A DNA stretch of 62,037 bases. Source: an uncultured Chroococcidiopsis sp. (GTDB lineage Bacteria; Cyanobacteriota; Cyanobacteriia; Cyanobacteriales; Chroococcidiopsidaceae). Of this stretch, positions 1 to 11,639 are shown one piece after another (position 1 is the first letter of the stretch; every line of letters starts with the position of its first letter). Both the position numbers and the translations under genes were made by a program. The notes under the pieces were generated by a model. It worked only from the letters and a program-made list of their open reading frames with translations. It did no database searches and was not told the DNA's origin. The stretch is from the NCBI GenBank assembly GCA_964248365.1, contig CAXTYC010000030.1:1-62037 (forward strand), written 5' to 3'.

Positions 1-141
1 GGCGCTTTATTAATCTAGCAATCTTTTTTTTGTTTTGTCAACTGGTTTGGAAAAAAAATTTTGAAATTTCTTGAAAACCTTTCCACTAAAGGAATTGAGC
101 TAAAGTATTCCTGTAACCTCAAGCAGGAAAGTGGTTGAGTC

Positions 142-1005
142 GTGAAAGCTGTTGCTGTTTTGCCGCCTTTATTGGTTTTAGATCCACTGCTACGTAGCTG
201 GTTGTTAGAAGATATAGGGAGGGGAGATCGCACAACCCAAAGTCTACTAGCCCAAAACCCCCAGGTAGGACAAGCTTTGTGGGTAGCTAAAGCCCCTGGA
301 GTAATTGCAGGTTTACCTGTAGCAGCAAGAGTGTTTCAGCTTTTAGACGAAAAGGTTAGCTTTGGTGCTGTTACAGATGAGGGGGAATCAGCCCAGCAAG
401 GACAAACAGTAGCGTCCATTCATGGTTCACTTGAGGGGCTGCTGATAGGTGAACGAGTTGCACTTAACCTAGTTATGCGTTTAAGTGGGATTGCAACGGT
501 GACTCGTAAATATGTTGAGCAGATTGCGGATTTACCTACAAAAGTGGTAGATACGCGCAAAACTACACCAGGACTACGAGTGTTGGAAAAATACGCAACT
601 CGTCTGGGAGGCGCGATCAATCACCGCATGGGGTTAGATGATGGGGTGATGATCAAGGACAACCATATTGCTGTAGCTGGCGGAATTGATCGGGCGATCG
701 CACAAATTAGGAATCAGATTCCTTATCCGTTAACAATAGAAGTAGAAACAGAAACCCTTGACCAAGTGCAAGAAGCTTTGCAGCACGGGGCAGATATTAT
801 CATGTTGGACAATATGCCAATTGACATGATGCGTCAGGCAGTACAGATGATTCGTCAGTACAACAGCACAATCAAAATTGAAGCCTCTGGCAACATTACA
901 CTAGAAACGATTCGTAGTGTGGCAGAAACTGGTGTGGACTATATTTCTACTAGTGCGCCAATTACTCAATCTAGTTGGTTAGATTTGAGCATGAAGATGA
1001 GTTGA
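142..1005 (+). CDS. nadC: Nicotinate-nucleotide pyrophosphorylase (carboxylating), QAPRTase
   Basis: 287 aa; motifs EDIGRGDRTT, DTRKTTPGLR, NHRMGLDD, MIKDNH, IMLDN, EASGNI. Confidence 0.97.
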   Translation: MKAVAVLPPLLVLDPLLRSWLLEDIGRGDRTTQSLLAQNPQVGQALWVAKAPGVIAGLPVAARVFQLLDEKVSFGAVTDEGESAQQGQTVASIHGSLEGLLIGERVALNLVMRLSGIATVTRKYVEQIADLPTKVVDTRKTTPGLRVLEKYATRLGGAINHRMGLDDGVMIKDNHIAVAGGIDRAIAQIRNQIPYPLTIEVETETLDQVQEALQHGADIIMLDNMPIDMMRQAVQMIRQYNSTIKIEASGNITLETIRSVAETGVDYISTSAPITQSSWLDLSMKMS

Positions 1006-1512
1006 ATGCTCAGCCGCCTTTGAACTCCTGTTGAGAGACTGATACCTTAAGTCCATTAAAATAGGCTGATATTAAGTTGGGTTAAATATTTTTGTTTGTC
1101 TTGGCGACTATAGGGATACTATTTAAGTTGTGAGAATTACTTTTTTTAACAAACCGCTAAGAACGCTAAGAAAAGACAAAGAAATTTTTACTAATATTCA
1201 GGATTGCTATATAAGATACAGTTTTAAAAGTATAGCAACTGGCACGAAATTTAAGAAGGGGAATGTTCATACTGGAAAACAAGCAATAGTCGAGAATACT
1301 GGTTTGAGCAACAAAATACTTCTTAAGCTTATACAAGCAATCGATAATCAAATAGCAGTACACGTTGTTATAAGCTGTTGCACATCTAACTTATATGATT
1401 GAGCAGGCAGGATGCCTACTTTACAAGAGATTCACTTAAATAAAGTGAAAAATTGAACGTTTTTTAGCTGAGCAAGTGGCAAATAGCTTTTTCTAAAGAC
1501 TGACTAATAATT

Positions 1513-3279
1513 ATGAACTATACACAAGAACAACTAAAACTTAAATTTCAACAAGCTTTGTCTGCTGCTTTTGGGACTGAATATAGCGAAATAGACCCAA
1601 TACTCGTAAGTGCTAGTAATCCTAAATTTGGTGATTATCAGTCGAATGTAGCTTTATCACTGGCGAAGCAGTTAGGGCAAGCGCCAAGAGCGATCGCAGA
1701 ACAAATTGTGGCTCAATTGGATATAAATGATATTTGTGAGTCACCAACCGTTGCTGGACCTGGTTTTATTAATTTGACGCTGAAACCAGCTTATTTAGAA
1801 GCACAATTAAATGCTATTCAGACAGACTTTCGCCTTGGAGTTGCAGCAGCAAAAGAGCCTAAACGGGTGATTGTTGATTTTTCCAGCCCGAATATTGCTA
1901 AAGAAATGCATGTAGGGCATCTACGCTCAACTATTATTGGAGATAGCATTGCCCGAATTTTAGAATTTCGGGATCACGATGTTCTAAGGCTAAATCATGT
2001 TGGCGATTGGGGTACTCAATTTGGAATGTTAATTGCCTACTTGCGAGAAGCATACCCAGATGCTTTAATTACTGCTGATGCATTAGATTTAGGAGACTTA
2101 GTAACGTTCTATCGCAAAGCAAAACAGCGGTTTGATGAGGATGAAGCTTTTCGAGAAACGGCAAGGGCTGAAGTAGTAAAGTTACAGGCAGGAGTTGAGG
2201 ATACACGGCGGGCTTGGCAGCTGCTATGCGAACAATCGCGGCGGGAATTTAAAGTAATTTATGATTTGTTAGATGTTCATTTAATTGAACGAGGAGAATC
2301 TTTCTATAATCCACTGTTACCAGCAGTAGTTGAAGAGTTAGATAAAAAAGGATTGCTGGTAGAAGATGGAGGAGCAAAGTGTGTTTTTCTAGAAGGATTC
2401 ACTAATAAAGAAGGTGAGCCGCTACCTTTAATTGTGCAAAAATCTGATGGTGGGTATAACTATGCGACAACGGATTTAGCAGCACTGCGTTATCGGATTG
2501 AGCAGGATCATGCTAACAGAATTATATACATTACTGATGCTGGACAAGCAAATCATTTTGCTCAGGTGTTTCAGGTAGCAAGACGAGCAGGGTGGATTCC
2601 AGATGATGTTGAAATTAACCATGTTCCATTTGGTTTAGTGCAAGGAGAAGATGGTAAGAAATTAAAAACGAGATCGGGGGAAACGGTGCGATTGCGGGAT
2701 TTGTTGGATGAAGCGATCGCCCGATCTCGTGCTGACTTAGAAGCCAGATTAAAAGAAGAAGGGCGATCAGAAACTGAAGATTTTATTAATCATGTTGCGA
2801 AAGCTATTGGTATCGGTGCAGTTAAGTACGCGGACTTGAGCCAAAACCGTACTAGTAACTACATCTTTAGCTACGACAAAATGCTAGCTCTTCAAGGTAA
2901 TACTGCACCTTATATGCTGTATGTTTATGCGCGAATTCAAGGAATTAGCCGCAAGGGTGGAATTAGCTTTGAGCAGTTAGGAGATGATGCTAAAGTCGTG
3001 TTGCAGCATGAAACAGAATTGACTTTGGCAAAGCATTTATTACAGCTAGATGAAATTATCACTAGTGTAGAGCAAGATTTATTGCCTAACCGTCTGTGTG
3101 AGTATTTGTTTCAACTGAGCCAGAAGTTTAATCAATTTTATGACCGCGATCGCGGTGTTCCGGTATTGAATGCAGAAGAACCACAGCGCACATCCAGGTT
3201 AGTACTATGCGATCTAACTGCTAGAACTTTGAAGCTGGGGTTATCTTTATTGGGAATTTCTACCCTTGAGAGGATGTAG
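1513..3279 (+). CDS. argS: Arginine--tRNA ligase
   Basis: 588 aa; [19 protein letters not shown] (HIGH-type motif), [18 protein letters not shown]-terminal LERM. Confidence 0.97.
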   Translation: MNYTQEQLKLKFQQALSAAFGTEYSEIDPILVSASNPKFGDYQSNVALSLAKQLGQAPRAIAEQIVAQLDINDICESPTVAGPGFINLTLKPAYLEAQLNAIQTDFRLGVAAAKEPKRVIVDFSSPNIAKEMHVGHLRSTIIGDSIARILEFRDHDVLRLNHVGDWGTQFGMLIAYLREAYPDALITADALDLGDLVTFYRKAKQRFDEDEAFRETARAEVVKLQAGVEDTRRAWQLLCEQSRREFKVIYDLLDVHLIERGESFYNPLLPAVVEELDKKGLLVEDGGAKCVFLEGFTNKEGEPLPLIVQKSDGGYNYATTDLAALRYRIEQDHANRIIYITDAGQANHFAQVFQVARRAGWIPDDVEINHVPFGLVQGEDGKKLKTRSGETVRLRDLLDEAIARSRADLEARLKEEGRSETEDFINHVAKAIGIGAVKYADLSQNRTSNYIFSYDKMLALQGNTAPYMLYVYARIQGISRKGGISFEQLGDDAKVVLQHETELTLAKHLLQLDEIITSVEQDLLPNRLCEYLFQLSQKFNQFYDRDRGVPVLNAEEPQRTSRLVLCDLTARTLKLGLSLLGISTLERM

Positions 3280-3322
3280 GCGATTTGCTAATATGGCAAG
3301 TTTACTCAATTAGGAATACAAA

Positions 3323-3712
3323 GTGAAAACAAGGGTTAGAGAAAGAGTATTGATTGCATCACTAGCTGGGTTAGGTTTATTTGCACCAATTCAGGCTCAG
3401 GCTCAACTTATACCGCAGCCTTGGGTTTCGGTGGGTGTGAAAGATAGTGATGCTACTTTTTCTGTAGGAGCAAAGTTTGTAGGTTTTGGAGTTGAGTTAG
3501 GATTCGCTCCTGATGGTGAGACTGGAGTAGATGTACTCAAATTTATTAATTTGCCAGTGATTTCACCCTATGTCGGAATTGGGCTGTATTCTGGTGATGA
3601 AGATGTTGCTGTATCTGGTGGTGTTCAGGTAGGTGCTTCAAATAATTTGTTTTTGGGTGTTGGTTACAATTCTGTTCGAGGAGTTAACGGGCAAGTTGGG
3701 ATAAGGTTTTGA
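3323..3712 (+). CDS. Exported small beta-barrel-like hypothetical protein
   Basis: Signal peptide ending AQA; Gly/aromatic alternating strands; C-terminal Phe (GQVGIRF) typical of outer-membrane proteins. Confidence 0.6.
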   Translation: MKTRVRERVLIASLAGLGLFAPIQAQAQLIPQPWVSVGVKDSDATFSVGAKFVGFGVELGFAPDGETGVDVLKFINLPVISPYVGIGLYSGDEDVAVSGGVQVGASNNLFLGVGYNSVRGVNGQVGIRF

Positions 3713-3930
3713 TCCCCCCTAGCCCCCCTTAAAAAGGGGGGAAGTTAGTAGCTGGGGTTTAAATCTTGTTACAAGGCTGAGTTTTGTAACGAGTAAGTTA
3801 AGTTAGGTAAATAATTTGGTGGGCAATGCCCACTAGGTTGAAAATAAAGTAAATAATTTGGTGGGCAATGCCCACCCTACGTTGAAAATAAAGTTTTGAT
3901 CCTCCCTAGTTCCCCTTAAAAAGGGGGGGA
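3711..3930. repeat. Cluster of small dispersed palindromic repeats between convergent genes
   Basis: Two GATCC..CCCC-TTAAAA-GGGGGG elements (about 3711-3742 and 3898-3930) flank a tandemly duplicated ~44 bp unit containing GGTGGGCAATGCCCAC (3807-3894). Confidence 0.8.
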
Positions 3931-3932
3931 TA

Positions 3933-6425
3933 TCAGGTGGAGAGTAAAGATCTGACTTGAGTAGCAGAATCTAGTTTTAGGGCAGATATAGCGATCGCTT
4001 CTGCTTGTGCTACCGTTAACTGACTAATCTTTTGCTTGAGTGTAGGAATAGCTTGGGGATTGAGGCTAAATTCATCTATCCCTAGTCCTAATAAAATAGG
4101 TGCAGCTAATGGATCTGCTGCTATTTCACCACATAACCCTACCCAAATTCCAGCTTGATGGGCAGTTTGGACTGTTTGATGAATCATACGCAAGAGTGCT
4201 GGATGCAATGGATCAGCTAATTTAGCAACTTGTGGGTTAGTGCGATCTGCTGCCATGACATACTGACTTAAGTCGTTTGTACCGATGCTGAAAAAATCAA
4301 CGTGTGCTGCTAATTGATCGGCGATCGCCACTGCTGAAGGTACTTCTACCATGATGCCTACTTCCACGTTTTCATCAAAGGAGATACCAGAGTGACGTAA
4401 TTCTGCTTGAACTTCAGCCAAAATTGCTTTAGCTCGTTGCACCTCTGCTAAAGTGGCAATCATAGGAAACATAATTTTAATTTGGTTTCCCCAGCTGGCT
4501 CTGAGAATTGCTCGTAATTGAGTTTTAAAGATGTTTGGTTGATCGAGACACAAACGTATTCCACGCCAGCCTAAGAAGGGGTTGGTTTCCGGCTGTAAGT
4601 TCAGGTACGCAAGTGGTTTGTCTCCTCCAATATCTAGTGTGCGGATGATTAATGGACGGTTGTCTAGGAGTTGAGCGATCGCCTGATAGATCTCTAACTG
4701 CTCGTCTTCAGTGGGAGCGCAATTCCTGTCTAAATAGAGAAACTCTGTACGTAGCAATCCCACTCCTTCTGCACCTCGCTCTAATGCTATTTGAGCATCT
4801 GCTATGCCACTAATGTTGGCAAGTACGGTAACTTGCTTACCATCACGGGTAATTGCTGGTTCTTTAGCCGTAGTTTGCGCTTGCTGTTGAGCGGAGATTA
4901 TTCGATCTCGTTTAGCCTGAAGTACAGCTAGGCTGTCGGGATCTGGTTTTATCCATACTTTCCCATTCTCGCCGTCAATTGCTAAAAGTGTACCGTTGGT
5001 TAAGTTCAAAACTTCTGGTTGTAAGCCAACTACTGCGGGAATACCCAACATACGTGCCAAAATTGTGCTGTGGGAAGTTGCACTGCCAAGAGTTGTACAC
5101 AAGCCTAAAACCATTGTTGGATCTAGTTGAACTGTGTCGGAAGGACTCAAATCAGTGGCTACTAGAATGCTTGGCACAGTTAGTTTTATAGTATTGGCAG
5201 TAGCTCCGGTCAAGTGTAGCAACACTCGTTGTCCTACCTCAACCACATCATTAGCTCGTTCTTGCATATAAGTATCTTCGAGCTGGCGGTAGGCTGTGAT
5301 GATTTCATCTACTACAGTCTGCCAAGCAAATTCAGCATTTTGATGTTGCTCGAAAATGCGCTGATGAACTGGTTCGAGCAATGCTGGATCTGTCAAAATC
5401 AGTAAATGGGCATCAAAGATGGCAGCCCAATTACCGCTACTTTTTGCTTGCAGTGCCTGAATTTCTTGTCTAGCCTGATTAATTGCTGTTTGTAAACGCT
5501 GCCATTCGGCTTCGACATTATCTATATATATATAGTGAGCTTGTATTTGGGCAAAAGTAGGGCGATACTGAAAAACTGGGGCGATCGCAGCGCCTGGAGA
5601 AGCTGGAATTCCTACAAGCTCACTATTTGGATTTGAAACAAATTTTGTTTGAGTTGCGGATTGGAACTTTACAGTAGTATCTGTTTCGCCAAAGTTATTT
5701 TCGACTAATGCTTGTAATGCTGCTAATGCCTGCTCTGCATCATCGCCAGAAGCTGCGATCGCTATTTCATGTCCTTGGCGTACTCCCAATGTGGCAACTC
5801 GATTAATACTATCAGCCCTGACAAATTCCGTCTTTTTAGTTATATTACGCACTCGAATTTGAGATTGAAACTGAGATGCTGTTGTGACAAATTTAGCTGC
5901 TGGACGAGCGTGTAAGCCAAAAGAATTACGAATAATTAGACGGATTTCTTGTATTTTATGTTCACTGTCAGGTTTAAATATATTATCTGTTTTTCTATCG
6001 TCATTGTTGTGTTTTACTATACCTAACTGTGCTGCTTTTGCTGCTAATGCTTCCCGTGCTTGAGCTATGACTTGCTCAATGTTACCGCCAGATGCAACTG
6101 CAACAGCAGAGGCGATCGCTCCCTCGACAAGCGGTGCTTCACACAGCCGCACATTGTGTCGTTGTTCTTCTGGTAAAAACTCTAGTGCCATTTCAGCACT
6201 CATTAAGGCACTACCCAGATCCATTAAGACTAGTACACCATCGTCGCTGTAAACAGATGCGATCGCTTGATGCACCCCAATTGGATCTGTACCTAGTGGA
6301 TTTTCTGGATCGTCAATTCCGCCTGCAATAGCCAGGGGGACTTTACCCTGAACCATCTGTGCTGCAAGTTCTCGTACACCTTCGGCTAGTAGCTTGCTGT
6401 GAGAAACGATTACAATTCCAACCAT
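3933..6425 (-). CDS. dhaM: Multidomain phosphotransferase DhaM: EIIA(Dha/Man-type)-HPr-Enzyme I fusion
   Basis: N-terminal MVGIVIVSHS...MDLGSA (EIIA); GLHARPAA (HPr); TSHSTILAR, GLLRTEFLY, IGTNDL and GLCGE (Enzyme I). Follows dhaK-dhaL. ATG at 6425 preferred over the ORF-track start at 6440. Confidence 0.88.
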   Translation of the reverse strand: MVGIVIVSHSKLLAEGVRELAAQMVQGKVPLAIAGGIDDPENPLGTDPIGVHQAIASVYSDDGVLVLMDLGSALMSAEMALEFLPEEQRHNVRLCEAPLVEGAIASAVAVASGGNIEQVIAQAREALAAKAAQLGIVKHNNDDRKTDNIFKPDSEHKIQEIRLIIRNSFGLHARPAAKFVTTASQFQSQIRVRNITKKTEFVRADSINRVATLGVRQGHEIAIAASGDDAEQALAALQALVENNFGETDTTVKFQSATQTKFVSNPNSELVGIPASPGAAIAPVFQYRPTFAQIQAHYIYIDNVEAEWQRLQTAINQARQEIQALQAKSSGNWAAIFDAHLLILTDPALLEPVHQRIFEQHQNAEFAWQTVVDEIITAYRQLEDTYMQERANDVVEVGQRVLLHLTGATANTIKLTVPSILVATDLSPSDTVQLDPTMVLGLCTTLGSATSHSTILARMLGIPAVVGLQPEVLNLTNGTLLAIDGENGKVWIKPDPDSLAVLQAKRDRIISAQQQAQTTAKEPAITRDGKQVTVLANISGIADAQIALERGAEGVGLLRTEFLYLDRNCAPTEDEQLEIYQAIAQLLDNRPLIIRTLDIGGDKPLAYLNLQPETNPFLGWRGIRLCLDQPNIFKTQLRAILRASWGNQIKIMFPMIATLAEVQRAKAILAEVQAELRHSGISFDENVEVGIMVEVPSAVAIADQLAAHVDFFSIGTNDLSQYVMAADRTNPQVAKLADPLHPALLRMIHQTVQTAHQAGIWVGLCGEIAADPLAAPILLGLGIDEFSLNPQAIPTLKQKISQLTVAQAEAIAISALKLDSATQVRSLLST

Positions 6426-6492
6426 TGCAACGCCTGTCAAACTTCAGAAATGTTTTTCAAAAATGGTTCACGGATAATGTGTAGACAAGCTC

Positions 6493-7140
6493 TTACCCTG
6501 TCGCCTCATCGGTAGAACCTTCAAGTATTGCTAACAAACATTTCAACATCAAATAAGATGAAGTAGCACCAGGATCTTGATTACCAATGCTGCGTTCTCC
6601 TAAATAGCTAGCTCGACCTTTTTTTGCCTGCATTGGTATAGTATCTTTCATACCTTGCTCAGCTGCTGCTACAGTCTGTTGCATTGCTTCGTGTGTGTTC
6701 TTACCCTGACTCACAGCTTGCTTAAAAGCATCAACAGCAGGAGATAAAACATCCACCATTGTCTTGTCACCTAGTTGAGTCTTACCGCGTTGAAGTACAC
6801 CCTCTAAACCTGCTTGGAGTAGATTTAACATATCCTCATCTGTTAACTCCTGCGGTAGTGCAACTGCTGTACTTGCTCTGAGAAAGAAAGTGCCATAAAG
6901 GGGACCACTAGCACCGCCGATAGTTGAAATTAGAGTCATACTCACAGCTTTCAAAATGCTGCTGATGTCTTTGTCTGCAATACTAGGTAACTGACTGATT
7001 ACTTTTTTAAAGCCACGATCCATATTAATACCGTGATCGGCATCACCGATCGCTGCATCTAATTGAGTTAAATAGTCTTTGTTCTGCTCTATCTCAGATG
7101 CATACTTTTGCAACCATTGCAAGATCTGTTCCTTGGTCAT
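6493..7140 (-). CDS. dhaL: Dihydroxyacetone kinase ADP-binding subunit DhaL
   Basis: LDAAIGDADHG, GGASGPLYG, GDKTMVD, KKGRASYLGERS, DPGA. Confidence 0.95.
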   Translation of the reverse strand: MTKEQILQWLQKYASEIEQNKDYLTQLDAAIGDADHGINMDRGFKKVISQLPSIADKDISSILKAVSMTLISTIGGASGPLYGTFFLRASTAVALPQELTDEDMLNLLQAGLEGVLQRGKTQLGDKTMVDVLSPAVDAFKQAVSQGKNTHEAMQQTVAAAEQGMKDTIPMQAKKGRASYLGERSIGNQDPGATSSYLMLKCLLAILEGSTDEATG

Positions 7141-7176
7141 ACTATTTTTAATATATTTTTTATTTTGAATTTCTGA

Positions 7177-8250
7177 TCAGATTCCCCAACGCAAGCTGGG
7201 TGTCCTTACAGGTGCATCCCATAACTTAATCATTTCATCATCTAACTTAAGTAGGGTAATTGAACAGCCTTGCATTTCTAGGGATGTAATGTAATTACCA
7301 ATCAGGTTACGTACAATCTGAAGTCCTTGCTTTTGACAAATTTCTGCCAGCTTACGGTAGACGATATAAAGTTCAGAAAGGGGAGTTCCACCCATACCAT
7401 TGACAAAAGCTAACACGCGATCGCCTTTGTTTAATTGTGAATCAATAAGTTCCACATCTACCCATTCATCTTTGGATTCATCCCACTCTCGCACTATGCG
7501 GCTATAGGATGAATCCTCAATAATAGACAAGGCAAGCATCTGGGTAATCTCATCTACTGAAGAAATTGGCATTCTCACTCTTCCTGGTTCTCCATGAATG
7601 CCAATACCTATTTCCATTTCGCTTTCGCCTAGTTCAAATGTAGGTGTTCCTTTGGCTGGAACAGTGCAAGAAGTTAAAGCCATGCCCATACTTCGACCAT
7701 TTAGATTTACTCGGCGACACAGATCTGCCACTCGCCTCAAGTCATAACCTTGGATAGCTGCTGCACCACAGATTTTTTCAGCTAACACCGTAGTCCCCAC
7801 GCCTCTTCTACCTTGGGTATACAGGCTATCCTTCACCGCTACATCGTCATCAATCAAAATGCTAAGTACTCGCATAGCTTCGGTCTGAGCCAATTCGGTA
7901 GCCATCTCGAAGTTCATCACATCACCGCTGTAATTTTTAACAATATAAAGAACTCCCGCCCCACCATCTACTTTTTTCGTAGCTTCCAGCATTTGATCGG
8001 GGGTGGGTGAAGTGAAAACGTATCCCGGACAAGCAGCATCTAACATTCCCATTCCCACAAACCCAGTGTGCATCGGTTCATGTCCACTACCCCCACCGGA
8101 AATAATTGCTACTTTGCCTTGTATGGGTGCATCTGCTCGATAAACAAAGTCGGGGTCAAAATTCACGAGGAGCAAGTCAGGATGAGCCACTGCCATACCT
8201 GCTAAACTCTCACGTACAAAGTCTTCCGGCTGGTTAATCAGCTTTTTCAT
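7177..8250 (-). CDS. dhaK: Dihydroxyacetone kinase DHA-binding subunit DhaK
   Basis: MKKLIN start, [35 protein letters not shown]. Confidence 0.96.
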   Translation of the reverse strand: MKKLINQPEDFVRESLAGMAVAHPDLLLVNFDPDFVYRADAPIQGKVAIISGGGSGHEPMHTGFVGMGMLDAACPGYVFTSPTPDQMLEATKKVDGGAGVLYIVKNYSGDVMNFEMATELAQTEAMRVLSILIDDDVAVKDSLYTQGRRGVGTTVLAEKICGAAAIQGYDLRRVADLCRRVNLNGRSMGMALTSCTVPAKGTPTFELGESEMEIGIGIHGEPGRVRMPISSVDEITQMLALSIIEDSSYSRIVREWDESKDEWVDVELIDSQLNKGDRVLAFVNGMGGTPLSELYIVYRKLAEICQKQGLQIVRNLIGNYITSLEMQGCSITLLKLDDEMIKLWDAPVRTPSLRWGI

Positions 8251-8728
8251 GGTGGGGTTACTCCTGGCTTAGAGGGCGTTATACCATTTTGGGTTTTAGA
8301 TGCGCGGATACCTGAATTTGTAGGGGCGAGTTTCAAGAAAATATTTATGGGACGGATATGGCAAAACCCTTGCTAGTAGGCGGTAATTTTAGGTATCCAA
8401 ATAGAGCAAGCGAGTAACCCTAATGGTGTTAAGACCAAGGATAAAGGAATTTAAGTAGTGATATAGCAGTTAATAGCGGTTAAATCTACACCAATATGCA
8501 GATAAAAATATTAATTTTGTTGAAAAATTTGATTAAATTTTGTTCTTTTAGCTATTTTTTACGCGATCACCAGCTATAAACCACATTAAGTATTATGATA
8601 TACCCCTTTTTTTGCTGACTTGCAAGACTAAAAAGCTACGGTTTAAGAAAATCCTTCTTGTGATATAGAGAAAAATTGGTTAACTTAAGGTTAAGGTAAG
8701 TTAAAAATAATATTATAAGGAGATAGCT

Positions 8729-8992
8729 ATGACAAATGCTGATCGGGCGAGCAAAAATAGCTTCCTATACCCACAAAGTCGCTATTATGGTGAGTTTACG
8801 CCTGAATATCTAGCCTTTAATGCCAATTTACAAGAATTTGCTCACAAAATATCATACATTTCGGCTCTGCAAACTGGAGGTAAGCTTTCCCCCCAGCAAG
8901 CATACGACCAGGTGAAATATCTCTGGAAGCAGCTCAAGCACAGCAAAAAGGCAATGGAGATTGGAGGAGATTTACCATCGGAAACACAATAG
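8729..8992 (+). CDS. Small conserved cyanobacterial hypothetical protein (DUF7219-like)
   Basis: 87 aa with FLYP..RYYG..FNANLQEFA motif recalled from cyanobacterial homologs; AAGGAG RBS upstream. Confidence 0.75.
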   Translation: MTNADRASKNSFLYPQSRYYGEFTPEYLAFNANLQEFAHKISYISALQTGGKLSPQQAYDQVKYLWKQLKHSKKAMEIGGDLPSETQ

Positions 8993-9098
8993 TTTCTCTA
9001 TGGCTATCTCTAATCAAAGGTGGATATAAATAGTTTGAGCAATGGTGTTGTGTTGATCGCCGCTGTTGTCTATTAATCATACGTTAAGACAGCAAGCG

Positions 9099-9464
9099 AT
9101 GACAAAGGTATTGGTGATTGAGGATGATGAACTGATCCGTGATACTATCTTGAACTTATTGTATTCAAGAGGGATAAGTGCGATCGCAGCTCCAGATGGT
9201 CGCAGAGGATTGCAGTTGGCAACAGAAATTATTCCCGATGTGATTTTATGTGATGTCAGGATGCCAGAGTTTAGCGGTTACGAAGTGTTGTCAGCCCTAC
9301 GTCAAGATGCCAGAGCTGCAACAATTCCCTTGATCTTTTTGACGGCTGAAACTAACAAAGAGGTAATCAACACTGGGCAACAGCTAGGTGCAAATGGCTA
9401 TCTAAACAAACCATTTACAACTGCCCAATTGCTCAGTGCGATCGCTCCTTATCTTAAAGAATAA
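9099..9464 (+). CDS. Single-domain response regulator (receiver only)
   Basis: VLVIEDD, CDVRMP (phospho-Asp), FLTA, KPF; ATG at 9099. Confidence 0.9.
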   Translation: MTKVLVIEDDELIRDTILNLLYSRGISAIAAPDGRRGLQLATEIIPDVILCDVRMPEFSGYEVLSALRQDARAATIPLIFLTAETNKEVINTGQQLGANGYLNKPFTTAQLLSAIAPYLKE

Positions 9465-9479
9465 CTCATATATTCATCT

Positions 9480-10007
9480 TTAAGGCTGGACGCGCTTTTG
9501 ATACTCCTGCTCAGTAACAATGTCTTGCATACTCTCCAGCCGATCTAAAAACACAATACCATCAAGATGGTCATATTCGTGTTGAAAAATCCTGGCGACA
9601 AAATCTGTTAATTCCTGCTTTTGTACTTTGCCATTTCGGTCTGTATATTCAACTTCAATTGCTTGATATCTCGGCACTAAACCACGAATCCCAGGAATAC
9701 TTAAACAGCCTTCCCATCCTTTAGCCGTATCAGTTGAGTGAGCCAAGATTCTAGGATTAATCATGGCTGTAGGTTCCATTTCTGGGGCATTAGGATAGCG
9801 AGGACTGGGACGTGATGCAACAATAAACAAGCGATCGCTCACTTGTACTTGAGGCGCAGCAATCCCCACACCATTTGCCTGTTTAACCGTAGTAATTAAA
9901 TCATCAATTAGTTTTTGAATCCGCTGGTCTTGAATATTTTCAACTCTTTGAGCTTTAGCACGAAGTACTGGATCGCCAAGTTGAATAATTTCTAGTATTT
10001 CACTCAT
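9480..10007 (-). CDS. def: Peptide deformylase
   Basis: GVGIAAPQ, EGCLS, HEYDH motifs; ATG at 10007 preferred. Confidence 0.95.
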   Translation of the reverse strand: MSEILEIIQLGDPVLRAKAQRVENIQDQRIQKLIDDLITTVKQANGVGIAAPQVQVSDRLFIVASRPSPRYPNAPEMEPTAMINPRILAHSTDTAKGWEGCLSIPGIRGLVPRYQAIEVEYTDRNGKVQKQELTDFVARIFQHEYDHLDGIVFLDRLESMQDIVTEQEYQKRVQP

Positions 10008-10101
10008 AATAAAATAATTGGTAATCGTTCTTTTCTTCCCCACCGACCCTGCGCTTCCCCAGCTCCCTCAGCTATCTCAATGAATAGAACACGTCACTAA
10101 A

Positions 10102-11481
10102 TTAACCTTCCCTTTGGACAGGTAAATTTGCCAGTCGTACTGTTACTTGAGCAGATCTACCATTTCGGAGAATCTCAACAGGTAATTGACTACCTACTGA
10201 ACTACGTTCTAGTAACTGCTGAACTTGTTCAGTTGTATTAACAGGTTGGTTATTGATTGCTAGAATCACATCACCCGATCTCATTCCAACTGCTGCGGCT
10301 GGAGAATTAGGTACGACACGAACCACCAAAATACCCCGATCTGGTGCTATTTGAATTTGACCATTTGATTGAATTGCGAGTTGTTGCTTAATATCAGGTG
10401 TTAGCGTCACCATCTGAACACCCAAATAGGGATGTTCAACTTGTCCTTTGGTAACTAATTGTTGGGATATTCGCTGTACTGTGTTAATTGGAATAGCAAA
10501 TCCTATGCCTTGAGCGCCTTGAATAATTGCTGTATTCATGCCGATTACTTGACCACGAGAATTCAGCAGTGGACCCCCAGAGTTACCAGGATTAATTGCA
10601 GTATCAGTTTGAATAAAACCAACGCGGCGATCGGGAACGCCAACATCACTACTAGAGCGATCTGTGGCACTAATAATACCTGCTGTAACAGTATTATCTA
10701 AACCCAAAGGATTACCGATCGCAATTACCCATTCTCCAGGTTGTACCTGATCTGAGTTACCTAGAGCAACAGTTGGTAAATTATTCGCCTGAATTTGAAT
10801 CACAGCCACATCTGTAACTGGATCTTCACCTAAAACTTTACCTTTAAAAGTACGACCGTCTTTAAGCGTCACACTTACGCTATCAGCACCATTTACCACA
10901 TGAGCATTGGTCATAATTTGACCATTTGCATTAAAAATAAATCCAGAACCAGTACCACGCACTATCCGCTCTCTAGGTTCCGAGGGCGGTACACCGAAAA
11001 ATCGCCGTATAATCGGATCGTTATATGCTTGAGGTAATTGACTAGCAACTGTCTTAGAAGCATTAATTCTCACGACGGCGGGTCCTACTTGCTTCACAGC
11101 TGCGACGATAAAGTTAGGATCGCTAATACTAGGTAGAGCAGCTGTGCGATTATTCTGCACCACATTTGGCACATTTTGTTGTGAATTGACGACAGGAGAC
11201 GAGGGAGGTTGCTGTACTTGAGACTCACGCGAAGAACCTAAAAGCGCACAGCCACTTAGAGACGTTAATGTTATCCCAGCTAGAAGTGATAATAGGCGCA
11301 AGGACACTGAATAATTCCTAATTCGTGGTTTCACTTCCGGAATTTTTCTGTTTCCCTCCCGTGGGGCGTGGGGCGTGGCACTGCTTTCCTCAAAGTTTTG
11401 TGGCTCAAAATCGTCTTGCCTAGTTTTCATCTGTCTTGGGTTTGCTGTAAAAGTAAATCGGTGGGTAGTAAGATTTTCCAT
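10102..11481 (-). CDS. HtrA/HhoA/HhoB-family serine protease with PDZ domain
   Basis: TNAHVV, DVAVI, GNSGGPL catalytic triad; C-terminal PDZ; lipobox-like LSGC. The true start may be ATG at 11430. Confidence 0.93.
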   Translation of the reverse strand: MENLTTHRFTFTANPRQMKTRQDDFEPQNFEESSATPHAPREGNRKIPEVKPRIRNYSVSLRLLSLLAGITLTSLSGCALLGSSRESQVQQPPSSPVVNSQQNVPNVVQNNRTAALPSISDPNFIVAAVKQVGPAVVRINASKTVASQLPQAYNDPIIRRFFGVPPSEPRERIVRGTGSGFIFNANGQIMTNAHVVNGADSVSVTLKDGRTFKGKVLGEDPVTDVAVIQIQANNLPTVALGNSDQVQPGEWVIAIGNPLGLDNTVTAGIISATDRSSSDVGVPDRRVGFIQTDTAINPGNSGGPLLNSRGQVIGMNTAIIQGAQGIGFAIPINTVQRISQQLVTKGQVEHPYLGVQMVTLTPDIKQQLAIQSNGQIQIAPDRGILVVRVVPNSPAAAVGMRSGDVILAINNQPVNTTEQVQQLLERSSVGSQLPVEILRNGRSAQVTVRLANLPVQREG

Positions 11482-11639
11482 TAATCAGGGGCTAAGAGTG
11501 CCTCTGATCATAGCCAGAGTGTGAATAATTACTAAATTTTTTTGCCTCTGTTGTCAAACTGATTTCCCGCCTTTGTTTAGTAAATTAGTTCGTTACGCCT
11601 ATTCCTTATTGTGGCAGTTAAAAGTAGAGGTGGTTACTG

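Noticed and set aside
1130..1402. 90-aa and 65-aa ORFs in the nadC-argS gap
   Set aside because: AT-rich, they span degenerate repeat copies (1148-1175), and show no recognisable motif or RBS; likely spurious or an unidentifiable remnant.
8462..8578. Possible degenerate MITE bounded by TATAGC...GCTATA
   Set aside because: Only about 6 bp of terminal complementarity; too weak to support.
8590..8603. GTA-N8-TAC (NtcA-like box) in the dhaK divergent promoter region
   Set aside because: No TAN3T -10 element at the canonical ~22 nt spacing on either strand, and the 6-base pattern arises readily by chance in AT-rich DNA.
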